Origin: an uncultured Parapedobacter sp.
Lineage (GTDB): Bacteria > Bacteroidota > Bacteroidia > Sphingobacteriales > Sphingobacteriaceae
DNA length: 64,000 nt
Assembly (NCBI GenBank): GCA_964498395.1
Contig: CAZCHE010000011.1
Span: 18,787-82,786, forward strand
Direction: 5' to 3'
Shown piece after piece: positions 24,646 to 32,690 of this stretch. A program made the position numbers and the translations under genes. Numbering within the stretch: position 1 is the stretch's first letter; every line of letters begins with the position of its first letter. The notes under the pieces are model-generated. The model was given only the letters and a program-made list of their open reading frames with translations. It made no database searches and was not told where the DNA came from.

Positions 24646-25710
24646 ATGATTGCATTAAAAAGAGACAAAAAGCGCCTCTACGGCTATCATATCTTGTTTT
24701 GGCTTGGGTATGCCGTTTATTTTTACGGCGTCAATAAGCTGGGTGACCTGACGTATCCTTGGCAAAAGGTGCTGATTTATGTGCCGGGATTTTCCTTGGT
24801 TTTTTACAGTGTATATGGCATACTGTGGGCTAATTTTTCCGAGCGTTTTACTTGGCGTGGATTGCGCTACCTGGCTGGTTTCTACGTCGGCTTTTCGTTG
24901 CTTGCCTTCGGGGTGGCGTTTGTGTTTTTGGAGGGTACCGCTTTTGACTTGATGGCAGGGGCCTCGCCTTCTTTTTTAGGGTTTATGCAAACGTTAGCAG
25001 TCTTGCTCAGTAACTTCAGCGTCTTCGCGCTAGCCTATTTCTGGATGCGCAGGAGCATCGCCAATGCGCGGGCGAAGCAACTGGCAGCGGAGGAGAAAGC
25101 GGCAGCCATGGAGCGGTTGCTGGATGCCGAGCGGCAGAAGCAACGGTTCGAGTACCTTTCGCTATCGGCGCAGGTGTCGCCCCATTTCTTGGCTAACTTG
25201 GTCAATACCTGGATGGGCCAACTCGGCAATACGCATGGCGAACTGGCCCAATCCATGGATCGCATGCATACTTTGGTGGTGTATCACATGGAGGCCAAGG
25301 AACAGGCCAAGGCGGTGGTACCATTGCCACGCGAACTGGAGGCCTTGCGATCGTACGTGCAATTGAGCCAACGGCCAGACCGACCGGTTTATGCCACCTT
25401 GGATGTGCCCCATCAGGTAGCGGGATACACCATCCCGCCTACGGTCCTCATCACCCTGCTCGAAAACGGGCTGAAGCATGGGGTATCCGACGATCCCGCG
25501 CACCCGATCCGGATGCGACTGGTGATGGATGGGCACGTCATGCGATTTTCCTGCCGCAACCGCACCAAGGAGCGGGCTGCCTGGCAATCACATGGCGTGG
25601 GACTGGTTAACCTGCGGCGGAGGCTGGCCATCAAGTATGGCGACCGGGCTACCTTAGCGACGGATACACGGGGGAAGGAGTTCGTGGCCGAATTAACCAT
25701 TGTTTATTAA
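24646..25710 (+). CDS. LytS/YehU-type sensor histidine kinase
   Basis: N-terminal TM helices, a His_kinase block (LSAQVSPHFLANLVNTW), and an HATPase region (LLENGLKHG...GVGLVNLRRRL). Confidence 0.8.
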   Translation: MIALKRDKKRLYGYHILFWLGYAVYFYGVNKLGDLTYPWQKVLIYVPGFSLVFYSVYGILWANFSERFTWRGLRYLAGFYVGFSLLAFGVAFVFLEGTAFDLMAGASPSFLGFMQTLAVLLSNFSVFALAYFWMRRSIANARAKQLAAEEKAAAMERLLDAERQKQRFEYLSLSAQVSPHFLANLVNTWMGQLGNTHGELAQSMDRMHTLVVYHMEAKEQAKAVVPLPRELEALRSYVQLSQRPDRPVYATLDVPHQVAGYTIPPTVLITLLENGLKHGVSDDPAHPIRMRLVMDGHVMRFSCRNRTKERAAWQSHGVGLVNLRRRLAIKYGDRATLATDTRGKEFVAELTIVY

Positions 25711-25745
25711 CCGGATTACCATTCACGATAAAAACAACTTGTACC

Positions 25746-26564
25746 ATGAAAAGAAAATTGACATTAATTGTAGTGGATGACGAGCAGGCGGCCCTGGAGC
25801 GGATGCTGGCGATGCTCTCAAAATTTGTAGACTTGGTGGTCAAAGCCACCTTTACCAACCCGAAAGCGGCCTTGGCCTATTTATCAAAAAACCACGTAGA
25901 CTTCGTGCTGGTGGATATGGAAATGCCCGTGGTGGATGGCATGGCCTTCATCCTGCAGCTACCCAAAGCCATCAAGGTGATCATTAGCACGGGCCATAAG
26001 GCGTATGCCACGGATGGGTTTGACCTCGGTGTGGTAGATTACCTATTGAAACCGGTCAGTATAGATCGACTGGCAAAGGCCATAGACCGGATGAAGAAAA
26101 GGCTGAAGGAACCGATGGGTAAGAGCACCGAACCCAATGACAATTATTACTATTTCATGCTCAAAAGGCATGCAAAAAGCGTACGTACCAAAATCAATTT
26201 CGACGAGCTGGTATACATTTCAACCCACGAGGGTGGTTCGCGGTTTTTCCTGGCCGAAGGGCTTGCTGAAGAGGTGGAGCGCAGGGCGGCGTTGCAAAGA
26301 TCGGGAAAGCGCGATGACGGTGTGGGTGCATATACCGGTGTCAGCGCAAAGGAAAAGTTCTACGAACTGAAGGAGATTTTGGAAGGAACGGCTTTCATGC
26401 AGATCCATCAGAGTTTTATCCTCAACACCATTTTTTTTCGTGAATACGGGAATAGAATCGTCACACTCAATGGGTTTGATGGGATCACGCTGCCTACCGG
26501 CACACGTGCGGCATACCCTGATTTTTTTAACTTTATCGATCACCATCACCTGCCTAACAGCTAA
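25746..26564 (+). CDS. LytR/AlgR-family response regulator (REC + LytTR DNA-binding domain)
   Basis: REC motifs (LIVVDDE, DFVLVDMEMP, KVIISTGH, DYLLKP) and a LytTR end (FMQIHQSFILN), with an about 35-aa insertion in the LytTR domain. Confidence 0.8.
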   Translation: MKRKLTLIVVDDEQAALERMLAMLSKFVDLVVKATFTNPKAALAYLSKNHVDFVLVDMEMPVVDGMAFILQLPKAIKVIISTGHKAYATDGFDLGVVDYLLKPVSIDRLAKAIDRMKKRLKEPMGKSTEPNDNYYYFMLKRHAKSVRTKINFDELVYISTHEGGSRFFLAEGLAEEVERRAALQRSGKRDDGVGAYTGVSAKEKFYELKEILEGTAFMQIHQSFILNTIFFREYGNRIVTLNGFDGITLPTGTRAAYPDFFNFIDHHHLPNS

Positions 26565-26585
26565 GCCAAATATCCCGCTGATGAG

Positions 26586-26686
26586 ACCTGCATGAGCTGC
26601 CGCTCAAAAAAGAAGGCGCGTCCATCAGCGCATGCCAGCCTGCGGTAGGCAGGCAAGCTTCATTGCCTTACAATAACAAATTATGC
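26586..26686 (-). repeat. GC-rich palindromic REP/MITE-like element (inverted copy of 4005-4089)
   Basis: The reverse complement contains gaagcttgcctgcctaccgcaggcTggcatg ... agctcatgcaggt. This matches 4030-4089, with weaker homology extending about 25 bp further. Confidence 0.6.
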
Positions 26687-27006
26687 TTATGAAAAACCAT
26701 CACTTAAGGTATGGTCGGCCGCCGCATTGTGGGTGTTGTCGGCTCATCCAGATCCTCTATCCAGAGCTGAAACACCTGCGAAAAGACCATCACGAGATCA
26801 TGCGCTTCATCCTTGATAAGCAAAAAGAAGAAACGACCTACCGCGATGCGAAATACACAGAGGATCGCGTGGGCATCAGCGAAAGTACCCTGCTGCGCTG
26901 CCAGCACAAAGGGCTTATCCGCGTAGCCAAAACCGAGCGCGGCAAGAAACTCTTCCGCGACCAGGATGTGGAGCGCCTACGGAAGGCGTATTGGGGGAAA
27001 GATTGA
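26683..27006 (+). CDS. MerR-superfamily / excisionase-like HTH protein
   Basis: YTEDRVGISESTLLRCQHKGLIRVAKTERGKKLFRDQDVERL fits the excisionase-type HTH common in Bacteroidota mobile elements. The start overlaps the repeat element, so the start is uncertain. Confidence 0.55.
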   Translation: MLMKNHHLRYGRPPHCGCCRLIQILYPELKHLRKDHHEIMRFILDKQKEETTYRDAKYTEDRVGISESTLLRCQHKGLIRVAKTERGKKLFRDQDVERLRKAYWGKD

Positions 27007-27442
27007 TCGGGCCATCGTGTTCCCACAAACGCTTGGTTTTCTTCGGCCTTTTTCCTGCTTTTTTCCTGCCGTAATGCGCTGCTGATCCGTGTCGGATGCG
27101 CTGCGGATGCGCGGGTAGCACGCATTTGCCACGGATGGTGCCCGCATCGGAACCGCATCATGAGGGGAAATGGGGTGGGGATGGTAGGGAGCTAATCGGG
27201 TGAATGACCGAAACCGGTTTCAGCCCGATGGCGTCTTTGCCATCTAAAAGCACAGGCTATCCCTTCACCTTCCCGTCAACCTACCGATGACCCCCCGTCA
27301 TGTTCCCGTCAACCGTTTTAGATGTATATATTTTTGATTTTCAGCTCACTATGTTTGCTTCCATGAAACAACGCATACCGGTATTGCTAGGTTGTGGATG
27401 GAGTTTAAATAAGTGAAAAATTAAAAATCAAAAAGTAAGGAA

Positions 27443-28084
27443 ATGGGAGTAATTAGAAGAGGAGCCAATGGAGGCTTCAAAGGAAAAGCGGGTAGCGTGA
27501 TCGGCAGCAGCTGGAAGAGCATCGACTACATCAAGGGGCTGTACAAAAAACGCACGAAACCCGCTTCGGAAGAGCAGCTCATGCAGCAGGCAAAATTTGC
27601 GTTGCTGATGCGCTTCCTGTTGCCGCTCAAGCCGTTCATCCGCATCGGATTCGGCCAGCGGCGCGTGGAAACGCTCACGGCCATGAACGTGGCCTTCCAG
27701 GATAACATGAAACGCGCCATCACGGGTGATTACCCGGATTATGCGCTGGATTATGGCCAGGTCCGCATCGGCGAGGGCTACAGTGCGGGTGGTAGCGAAT
27801 CGGCCAGCGTGGATGCGGGTGTACTCACCGTCACGTGGGATACCACACTGAACGTCATGTATAGCCAGCAACCCGATGACCGGGTGTATATCGTGCTGTA
27901 CCACCCCGGTATTGACCAGTTCCTGTCGGCACCGACACCGCCACTGCGGGAGGATGGAGAGGTAAGCATCGCGCTGCCCAACCATTTCCTCGGCGGCGAC
28001 GGCCATGTATGGCTGTTTACCGCCGGCCGGAAAGGAAAAAATGTGTCGCGTAGCGTATACCTAGGGGAGGTAGCGCTGGCATAA
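27443..28084 (+). CDS. DUF6266-family protein
   Basis: The N-terminus MGVIRRGANGGFKGKAGSVIGSSWKSIDYIKG matches my recollection of the DUF6266 signature (G..G.fsGKvG..vg..wrG). Confidence 0.55.
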   Translation: MGVIRRGANGGFKGKAGSVIGSSWKSIDYIKGLYKKRTKPASEEQLMQQAKFALLMRFLLPLKPFIRIGFGQRRVETLTAMNVAFQDNMKRAITGDYPDYALDYGQVRIGEGYSAGGSESASVDAGVLTVTWDTTLNVMYSQQPDDRVYIVLYHPGIDQFLSAPTPPLREDGEVSIALPNHFLGGDGHVWLFTAGRKGKNVSRSVYLGEVALA

Positions 28085-28097
28085 TCAGTTGAATCCG

Positions 28098-28134
28098 AAG
28101 CCGCTCACCCGCCGCGGAGGGTAGGCGGCTTTTG
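28098..28134 (+). terminator. Intrinsic terminator after the first DUF6266 gene
   Basis: aagccgc (28098-28104) pairs with gcggctt (28125-28131), followed by tttt. Confidence 0.5.
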
Positions 28135-28163
28135 GAAATTGTTGAACATAAAATCAGAATGAC

Positions 28164-28715
28164 ATGCAACTTTTAGCGAATACAGTCGATCGAAAAAAAA
28201 ACAGCGAAGTGGACGGGCGACTGCCCATCCGCCAACGTTTCCAGTTGGCCAGTGCATTCCTGAAGCCGCTGGCCAAGTTAATCGTCAGGGGCTTTGCCAC
28301 GCAGCGCAAGCGAAAGACCGCACATGGGCGGGCCATGTCGCACCTGTTGCTGCGGGCGATCCAGGGTGAGTACCCAAACCAATATGTGAACCCCGCACTG
28401 GCGATGCTGAGCGAAGGCGTATTGCAAAACCCCGCCCATGCCGAAGTGACGCGCCAGGGGAGTATGATAACGGTGGAAGCGCAAAGCGCAGACAACGCGG
28501 TTAATCAAGCGTGGGACGATCGCCTCGTACTATGCGCCTATCATCCAGCGCTGCGCGTGGCCGGTATCAACGAACAGGAGTGGCTGCGTGAAGCCGGAAG
28601 CGTGGCACTGCAACTGCCACCGCTGCTGGAAAACCAGCCGGTACACTTGTACCTGATGGTACATGACCGTGATGGCAAACGATGGTCCAATAGTCGGTAC
28701 CTGGGGGAGTTTTAA
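28164..28715 (+). CDS. DUF6266-like paralog lacking the N-terminal Gly-rich segment
   Basis: RQRFQLASAFLKPLAKLIVRGF aligns to QQAKFALLMRFLLPLKPFIRIGF of the upstream gene. The C-terminal ends are also similar (VHLYLMVHDRDGKRWSNSRYLGE versus HVWLFTAGRKGKNVSRSVYLGE). Confidence 0.5.
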   Translation: MQLLANTVDRKKNSEVDGRLPIRQRFQLASAFLKPLAKLIVRGFATQRKRKTAHGRAMSHLLLRAIQGEYPNQYVNPALAMLSEGVLQNPAHAEVTRQGSMITVEAQSADNAVNQAWDDRLVLCAYHPALRVAGINEQEWLREAGSVALQLPPLLENQPVHLYLMVHDRDGKRWSNSRYLGEF

Positions 28716-28721
28716 GCCGGT

Positions 28722-28817
28722 GCAACATTGCTGATGGGCAATCATGCAAATCCGCAGATAAGCAAATAAGCAAATAAGCGAATCTGCAGATAAGCAAATC
28801 CGCGAATAAGCAAAAAA
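28722..28817 (+). repeat. Tandem array of 12 degenerate octamers (GCRAATNN)
   Basis: gcaacatt gctgatgg gcaatcat gcaaatcc gcagataa gcaaataa gcaaataa gcgaatct gcagataa gcaaatcc gcgaataa gcaaaaaa, followed by an A-rich leader and the ATG at 28830. Confidence 0.85.
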
Positions 28818-28829
28818 ACAAAAAAACAA

Positions 28830-29282
28830 ATGACAGCAAAAATCATCCGCGTGGCACAGGGGAAGAACAGTACCCTCAGCCACCTGTACATCGGCGGCCT
28901 GTTCCGCTGCTACCTACTGGAAGACAGCATACGGGAGGAGAAAATCCCGGGGCTGACCTGCATCCCCGAGGGGGAGTACGAGCTGTCGCTCAACCACTGG
29001 GCGGGCATGAATACGCAGTACGGACGTAACCACCCCAAGCTGCACCAGGGTATGGTGGAGATCACCGAGATACCCAACTTCAGCCTGGTGTTCTTCCACA
29101 TCGGCAACTACCACACGCAGACCGCGGGCTGCCCGCTCACGGGATCGTACTGGCAACTGCTGGACGGCGACTACCAGGTGCTGCATTCGGCCGCGGCCTA
29201 CAAACACGTGTACCCATTGCTGGTGGAGCAGATCGAGCAGGGCAATGACCGCTTGGTGGTGGTTAATGAACTGAATCGCTGA
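28830..29282 (+). CDS. DUF5675-family protein (YkuD/L,D-transpeptidase-like Cys-His motif; possible cell-wall hydrolase)
   Basis: FFHIGNYHTQTAGCPLTG resembles the IH.GN...DT.GCIL.G block of DUF5675 and the H...GC catalytic block of YkuD-fold enzymes. Confidence 0.55.
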   Translation: MTAKIIRVAQGKNSTLSHLYIGGLFRCYLLEDSIREEKIPGLTCIPEGEYELSLNHWAGMNTQYGRNHPKLHQGMVEITEIPNFSLVFFHIGNYHTQTAGCPLTGSYWQLLDGDYQVLHSAAAYKHVYPLLVEQIEQGNDRLVVVNELNR

Positions 29283-29413
29283 TGCGCTGATATGCAGATG
29301 CGCGAATCCGCGAATAGGCAAATAAGCAAATCCGCAAGTGGGCAAATCCGCAAGTGGGCAAATCCGCAAGTGGGCAAATCCGCGAATAAGCAAATCTGCA
29401 AATCCGCAAAAAA
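29278..29413 (+). repeat. Tandem array of 17 octamers, including a 16-bp unit (GCAAATCCGCAAGTGG) x3
   Basis: gctgatgc gctgatat gcagatgc gcgaatcc gcgaatag gcaaataa (gcaaatcc gcaagtgg)x3 gcaaatcc gcgaataa gcaaatct gcaaatcc gcaaaaaa, followed by an A-rich leader and the ATG at 29423. Confidence 0.9.
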
Positions 29414-29422
29414 GAAAAAAAC

Positions 29423-29641
29423 ATGAAAGAAAAAGAAACCGTCGGCAACCCCACAGTGGGGAAACCGACTCTATACGAACGGATCAAGGAAACACTGGCC
29501 GTGGCCAGCCAACTCATCATTGCCTCACCGCTGAAACTGCCGCCCAAGGTGGTGGCAGCGGCCAAGTACCTCGCCCTGGCGCTGGGGGTACTGGAAGCGG
29601 TGGAAGGCGCGGCGGGGAAAGGGGAAGACGATGAAGGCTAA
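29423..29641 (+). CDS. Small hydrophobic/amphipathic protein (72 aa)
   Basis: The ORF directly follows the octamer array and A-rich leader. LAVASQLIIASPLKLPPKVVAAAKYLALALGVLEAV is a hydrophobic core with an acidic tail. Confidence 0.4.
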   Translation: MKEKETVGNPTVGKPTLYERIKETLAVASQLIIASPLKLPPKVVAAAKYLALALGVLEAVEGAAGKGEDDEG

Positions 29642-29804
29642 CCAGCAACTCGGCATCGGCACGGGCGGCGGCACGCTGCTGGGCATCGTCACACAGTTGG
29701 GCATGCACGACGTGCTGAAAACGGTGGTACTTGCCGCCATCGGGGCGGTGGTCAGCTTCGGTATAACGCTACTGCTGCAACGCGTGGCACGCAGAAAACG
29801 GTAG
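29631..29804 (+). CDS. Unlisted 57-aa two-TM protein with a basic C-terminus (holin-like)
   Basis: Hand translation gives MKANQQLGIGTGGGTLLGIVTQLGMHDVLKTVVLAAIGAVVSFGITLLLQRVARRKR*. It overlaps the previous stop by 11 nt and falls below the 60-aa ORF-track cutoff. A hairpin follows at about 29812-29848. Confidence 0.4.
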   Translation: MKANQQLGIGTGGGTLLGIVTQLGMHDVLKTVVLAAIGAVVSFGITLLLQRVARRKR

Positions 29805-29896
29805 GGTGTGATCGCAAGCGCCGTGGATATCATATCCGCGGCGCTTCGTTAATCCAATGAATTGGCGAAACCAGGTGACCATAATGCCAAGCCGCT

Positions 29897-30229
29897 TCAT
29901 CGTTGCTTCGCGGTTTGACCAATGTCCAATCGATCGAATTTTCCCGCAGTGGTTTGATGAAACTTAAAATAAACCCTGAACGTTCCCCATTGCCCTGCGT
30001 AGAAATTTCCATAGATGTCTTTTCCGTCGTTTTCTATACGGTCAATGTCCAAAAACCGCTCTTTCTTGTCGAAAGCATTGTCAAAGAATGACCTAAAATC
30101 TAACGTTCTGCCGTCATCGGTAAAAGAAGCGTCGTCGGTAAAACAACGGTACCACGCATGTTTATCATTTGCTTGCAATGCTTCCATTGCCTTTTTTACA
30201 TGCTCGTTTTTGATTTTCGATAAGTCCAT
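29897..30229 (-). CDS. NTF2/SnoaL-like fold protein
   Basis: 110 aa with ...WYRCFTDDASFTDDG...GNFYAGQWGTFRVYFKF, typical of SnoaL-like small proteins. Confidence 0.5.
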   Translation of the reverse strand: MDLSKIKNEHVKKAMEALQANDKHAWYRCFTDDASFTDDGRTLDFRSFFDNAFDKKERFLDIDRIENDGKDIYGNFYAGQWGTFRVYFKFHQTTAGKFDRLDIGQTAKQR

Positions 30230-30264
30230 CTTACTAGCTGTTTTGGTGTTCCGCCGTATTCAGG

Positions 30265-30642
30265 CTAACTCGCCTTTAACGGGTGTTGTAAATAAATAAT
30301 AATCAGGTTGAGCAATAGAAACGGAATTTCTATGGCTACGCCCTTCAGGTCTCTATGCAGTAGTTGCAGGCAAATGATCAGTAATATGCCCGCAGCCATC
30401 AGGAAATTGCCCCAAACGAACGTTTTGGGAAACACGATCAAAACGGAAGCCAGCAGCGTTACAGCGCCGTTGGTGATGACGGCATGCTTGCTGAAATTCC
30501 ATTTGCCAAACATTTCCAGCATTTCCGGCTTTGCCGTAAGCATGTTCCAGCCGTGTTTCAATCCCATAGACACGGCAAAAAGGATTAGGGCGGTGTTGAG
30601 TATTTTTAAAATCATCGCATAAGGTGTTAAAATGAAAGGCAA
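30265..30642 (-). CDS. DoxX-family membrane protein
   Basis: 125 aa with four TM helices and a DoxX-like pattern (ILNTALILFAVSMGLKHGWNML...). Confidence 0.6.
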   Translation of the reverse strand: MPFILTPYAMILKILNTALILFAVSMGLKHGWNMLTAKPEMLEMFGKWNFSKHAVITNGAVTLLASVLIVFPKTFVWGNFLMAAGILLIICLQLLHRDLKGVAIEIPFLLLNLIIIYLQHPLKAS

Positions 30643-30687
30643 ACAACCCGGTTATTTGCCTCCCTAAGTTACAAACTCATCTTCGAA

Positions 30688-31443
30688 TTACCTTGTGGTG
30701 TAACCACCATTTGCAAAAATGGTTTGCCCGGTGATCCACCAACCATCGGTCACCAGAAATTCGATGAGCGGAGCGATGTCTTTGATGTCGGTCAATCCGC
30801 CCAGGTCAGACGCCTGTTTGTGATACGCCACGGCATCCTCGCTTTCCTGCCCGTAGAAGAAAGGCGTGTCCATCGGGCCGGGGGCAACCGCTGTTACGGA
30901 AATGCCGCGAGCACCAAACTCTTTGGAAGCCGCCCTCGTAAAATGTTCTACCGGTGCTTTTGCCCCTGCATAGGTTGAGTAATACCCGGTAAATGCCGCA
31001 AGCAATGAAGTCACTACCGTATTGATCTTGCCATTATCGTTCAGTTTCTTGCCCGCTTCCTGGATAAAGAAATACGCCACTTTGGAGTTGATGTCGCTCA
31101 TGCTGTCGTATTCCGCTTCGGTGGTATCCACGAAGGGCTTTTTCAATACCTTGCCTACGGTATTGATGGCGATGTCGATGCCGCCGAATTTTTCGATCGT
31201 TGCGTCAAACAATTTGGTGATGTTTTTCACGTCGGTGAGGTCGGCTTGGAATAAAAAAGCCTCCCCGCCGGCATGGGTGATGGCTGCGAGCGTTTGCTCG
31301 GCATCAGCTTTTGTGCTGTCGCTGTTGTAGTGAATAGCCACTTTCGCGCCTTTTGCTGCAAAATCGCGACTGAGCAAACCGCCTAAGTTTTTAGCGCCGC
31401 CCGCTATTAAAACCACTTTTCCGTTTAAATCGTTTCGTGCCAT
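30688..31443 (-). CDS. SDR-family NAD(P)-dependent oxidoreductase
   Basis: KVVLIAGGAKNLGG is a glycine-rich motif, YSTYAGAK is the catalytic YxxxK, and the length is 251 aa. Confidence 0.85.
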   Translation of the reverse strand: MARNDLNGKVVLIAGGAKNLGGLLSRDFAAKGAKVAIHYNSDSTKADAEQTLAAITHAGGEAFLFQADLTDVKNITKLFDATIEKFGGIDIAINTVGKVLKKPFVDTTEAEYDSMSDINSKVAYFFIQEAGKKLNDNGKINTVVTSLLAAFTGYYSTYAGAKAPVEHFTRAASKEFGARGISVTAVAPGPMDTPFFYGQESEDAVAYHKQASDLGGLTDIKDIAPLIEFLVTDGWWITGQTIFANGGYTTR

Positions 31444-31529
31444 TTTTATTGATTTTTAATATTCTACCATGTGGTAGTGCAAAGGTGGCGAGACGGTGTG
31501 TTTATTTCGTGGTGAACTTTTCGGAACTT

Positions 31530-31907
31530 TTATTTTTTGTTTTCCTTTCTGAATTGTCCGGGAGTTGCTCCCGTAAATTTTTTGAAAAATTTGGAAAAGT
31601 TGGAGGGGTCGTAGGTGAGTATCCTCGCTATTTCCGACACGGATCGGTCGGTTTCGGTAAGCATTTTTTTGGCTTCATCGATGATTTTCAAGTCATAGAA
31701 GTGGCAGGGATGGTTTCCGGTCTCTTTTTGCACCGTATCGGTCAGGTGCTTGTGAGAAATGAATAGTTCGCTTGCGATTTGGTTGATTTCCATGAAATCG
31801 CTCACTGTTCCCGAAATGACGTCGGCAATGTGTTTATCCAGCAACCGAAAGTAGGATTCGGTAATTTCTTCGCTTCTCCGTCGTACGTCTTGTTCTACGC
31901 TGTCCAT
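31530..31907 (-). CDS. AraC-family HTH transcriptional regulator (short form)
   Basis: Dual HTH_18 pattern: INQIASELFISHKHLTDTVQKETG ... VSEIARILTYDPSNFSKFFKKFTGATPGQFRK. Confidence 0.8.
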   Translation of the reverse strand: MDSVEQDVRRRSEEITESYFRLLDKHIADVISGTVSDFMEINQIASELFISHKHLTDTVQKETGNHPCHFYDLKIIDEAKKMLTETDRSVSEIARILTYDPSNFSKFFKKFTGATPGQFRKENKK

Positions 31908-32007
31908 TTGTCAAACCTCAAAAACTTGGTAAAGATGCGTTTTTTTATTAATCCATAGATGGTGAGCTCTTCGGATAATGTGGTTGAATAACATGCGGAA
32001 AATCTCA

Positions 32008-32170
32008 CCTCAAAAGCAGCCCGTCATTTCGAACGGAGTGAGAAATCTCCCAATTTTCGGAGACACCTTAAGAGATTTATTCATATCTGTTTGCTTTTAT
32101 AGGCGCTCATGATTGCTTCGCAGTTCTTCTCATACTTCGTCGAAATGACGACATTGTTTTGCTTTTGAGG
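32008..32170. repeat. Long-range inverted repeat (about 27-bp arms) enclosing about 105 bp; MITE/REP-like
   Basis: cctcaaaagca..cgtcatttcgaac (32008-32034) pairs with gtcgaaatgacg...tgcttttgagg (32139-32170). The interior shares tgcttcgcagtt with the insertion at 3955-4093. Confidence 0.55.
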
Positions 32171-32429
32171 TTGTTCAAATCGATCATTTTCTTATCCCGA
32201 ACGCACGTTAAGTTAACAAATTCTTTCGCGCTTAGGTGTGGGGCGTGTACTGTGGGTGCACGACAAAAATCCGTTATCGCTTGCTATCTGTCAGCTGGCG
32301 GATTTGCGACTTAAAAAAATATCATCCCGCCCCGAGGCGGGACTAAGGAGCAAAGGGGGCCGCTTCGTCTCGCCTCAGGCGAGACGCTTTTGCGAGAAAA
32401 TCGAAAAGCGGAAATCTGTCGTACACCCG

Positions 32430-32690
32430 TTAAAGATTGACCCTGTCGCCGTGTGATTTAGGTTCCGATATGACGATGAACTCCAGTGCCTTATCCGTAT
32501 TATTCAAAATGCGGTGTTTCCATTTTGGCAGGATATGGAGCCCTTGGCCTTCGTGAACCTCGACCGTTTCACCCTCGACCTCAAACGTAGCCCTGCCGAT
32601 CAATATGTAGAAAAAATGCTGTTTTCGATGGGAATAGACCCTGCCCGCGGAACAAACAATGAAAAGGGATCCGGTCTGGGCTGCTGTTGG
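32430..32690 (-). pseudogene. Cupin-domain gene fragment lacking its N-terminus and start
   Basis: The minus-strand frame reads ...GSLFIVCSAGRVYSHRKQHFFYILIGRATFEVEGETVEVHEGQGLHILPKWKHRILNNTDKALEFIVISEPKSHGDRVNL*. There is no Met, and an in-frame stop lies immediately upstream. Confidence 0.5.

Noticed and set aside
22608-25700. Many overlapping 60-220-aa ORFs on both strands, for example 23870..24532 (-), 23953..24318 (-) and 25162..25587 (-)
   Set aside because: These are typical shadow ORFs of GC-rich coding DNA. They are Arg/Pro/Gly-rich with low complexity, lie entirely within the better-supported Crp, acyltransferase and kinase genes, and carry no recognisable motifs.
28722-29413. Possible CRISPR array
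   Set aside because: The units are 8 or 16 bp with no unique spacers and no cas genes nearby. This is a simple tandem repeat, not repeat-spacer architecture.
28530-29565. Minus-strand ORFs of 90-159 aa with repetitive ICLFADLRIC / FAYLRIC peptides
   Set aside because: They are read-through of the 8-bp-period tandem arrays on the antisense strand and overlap better-supported plus-strand genes. The period is not a multiple of 3, so the repeat is at the DNA level, not a protein repeat.
32238-32456. 72-aa plus-strand ORF
   Set aside because: It runs through REP-like GC hairpins and into the antisense cupin fragment, with no family resemblance.
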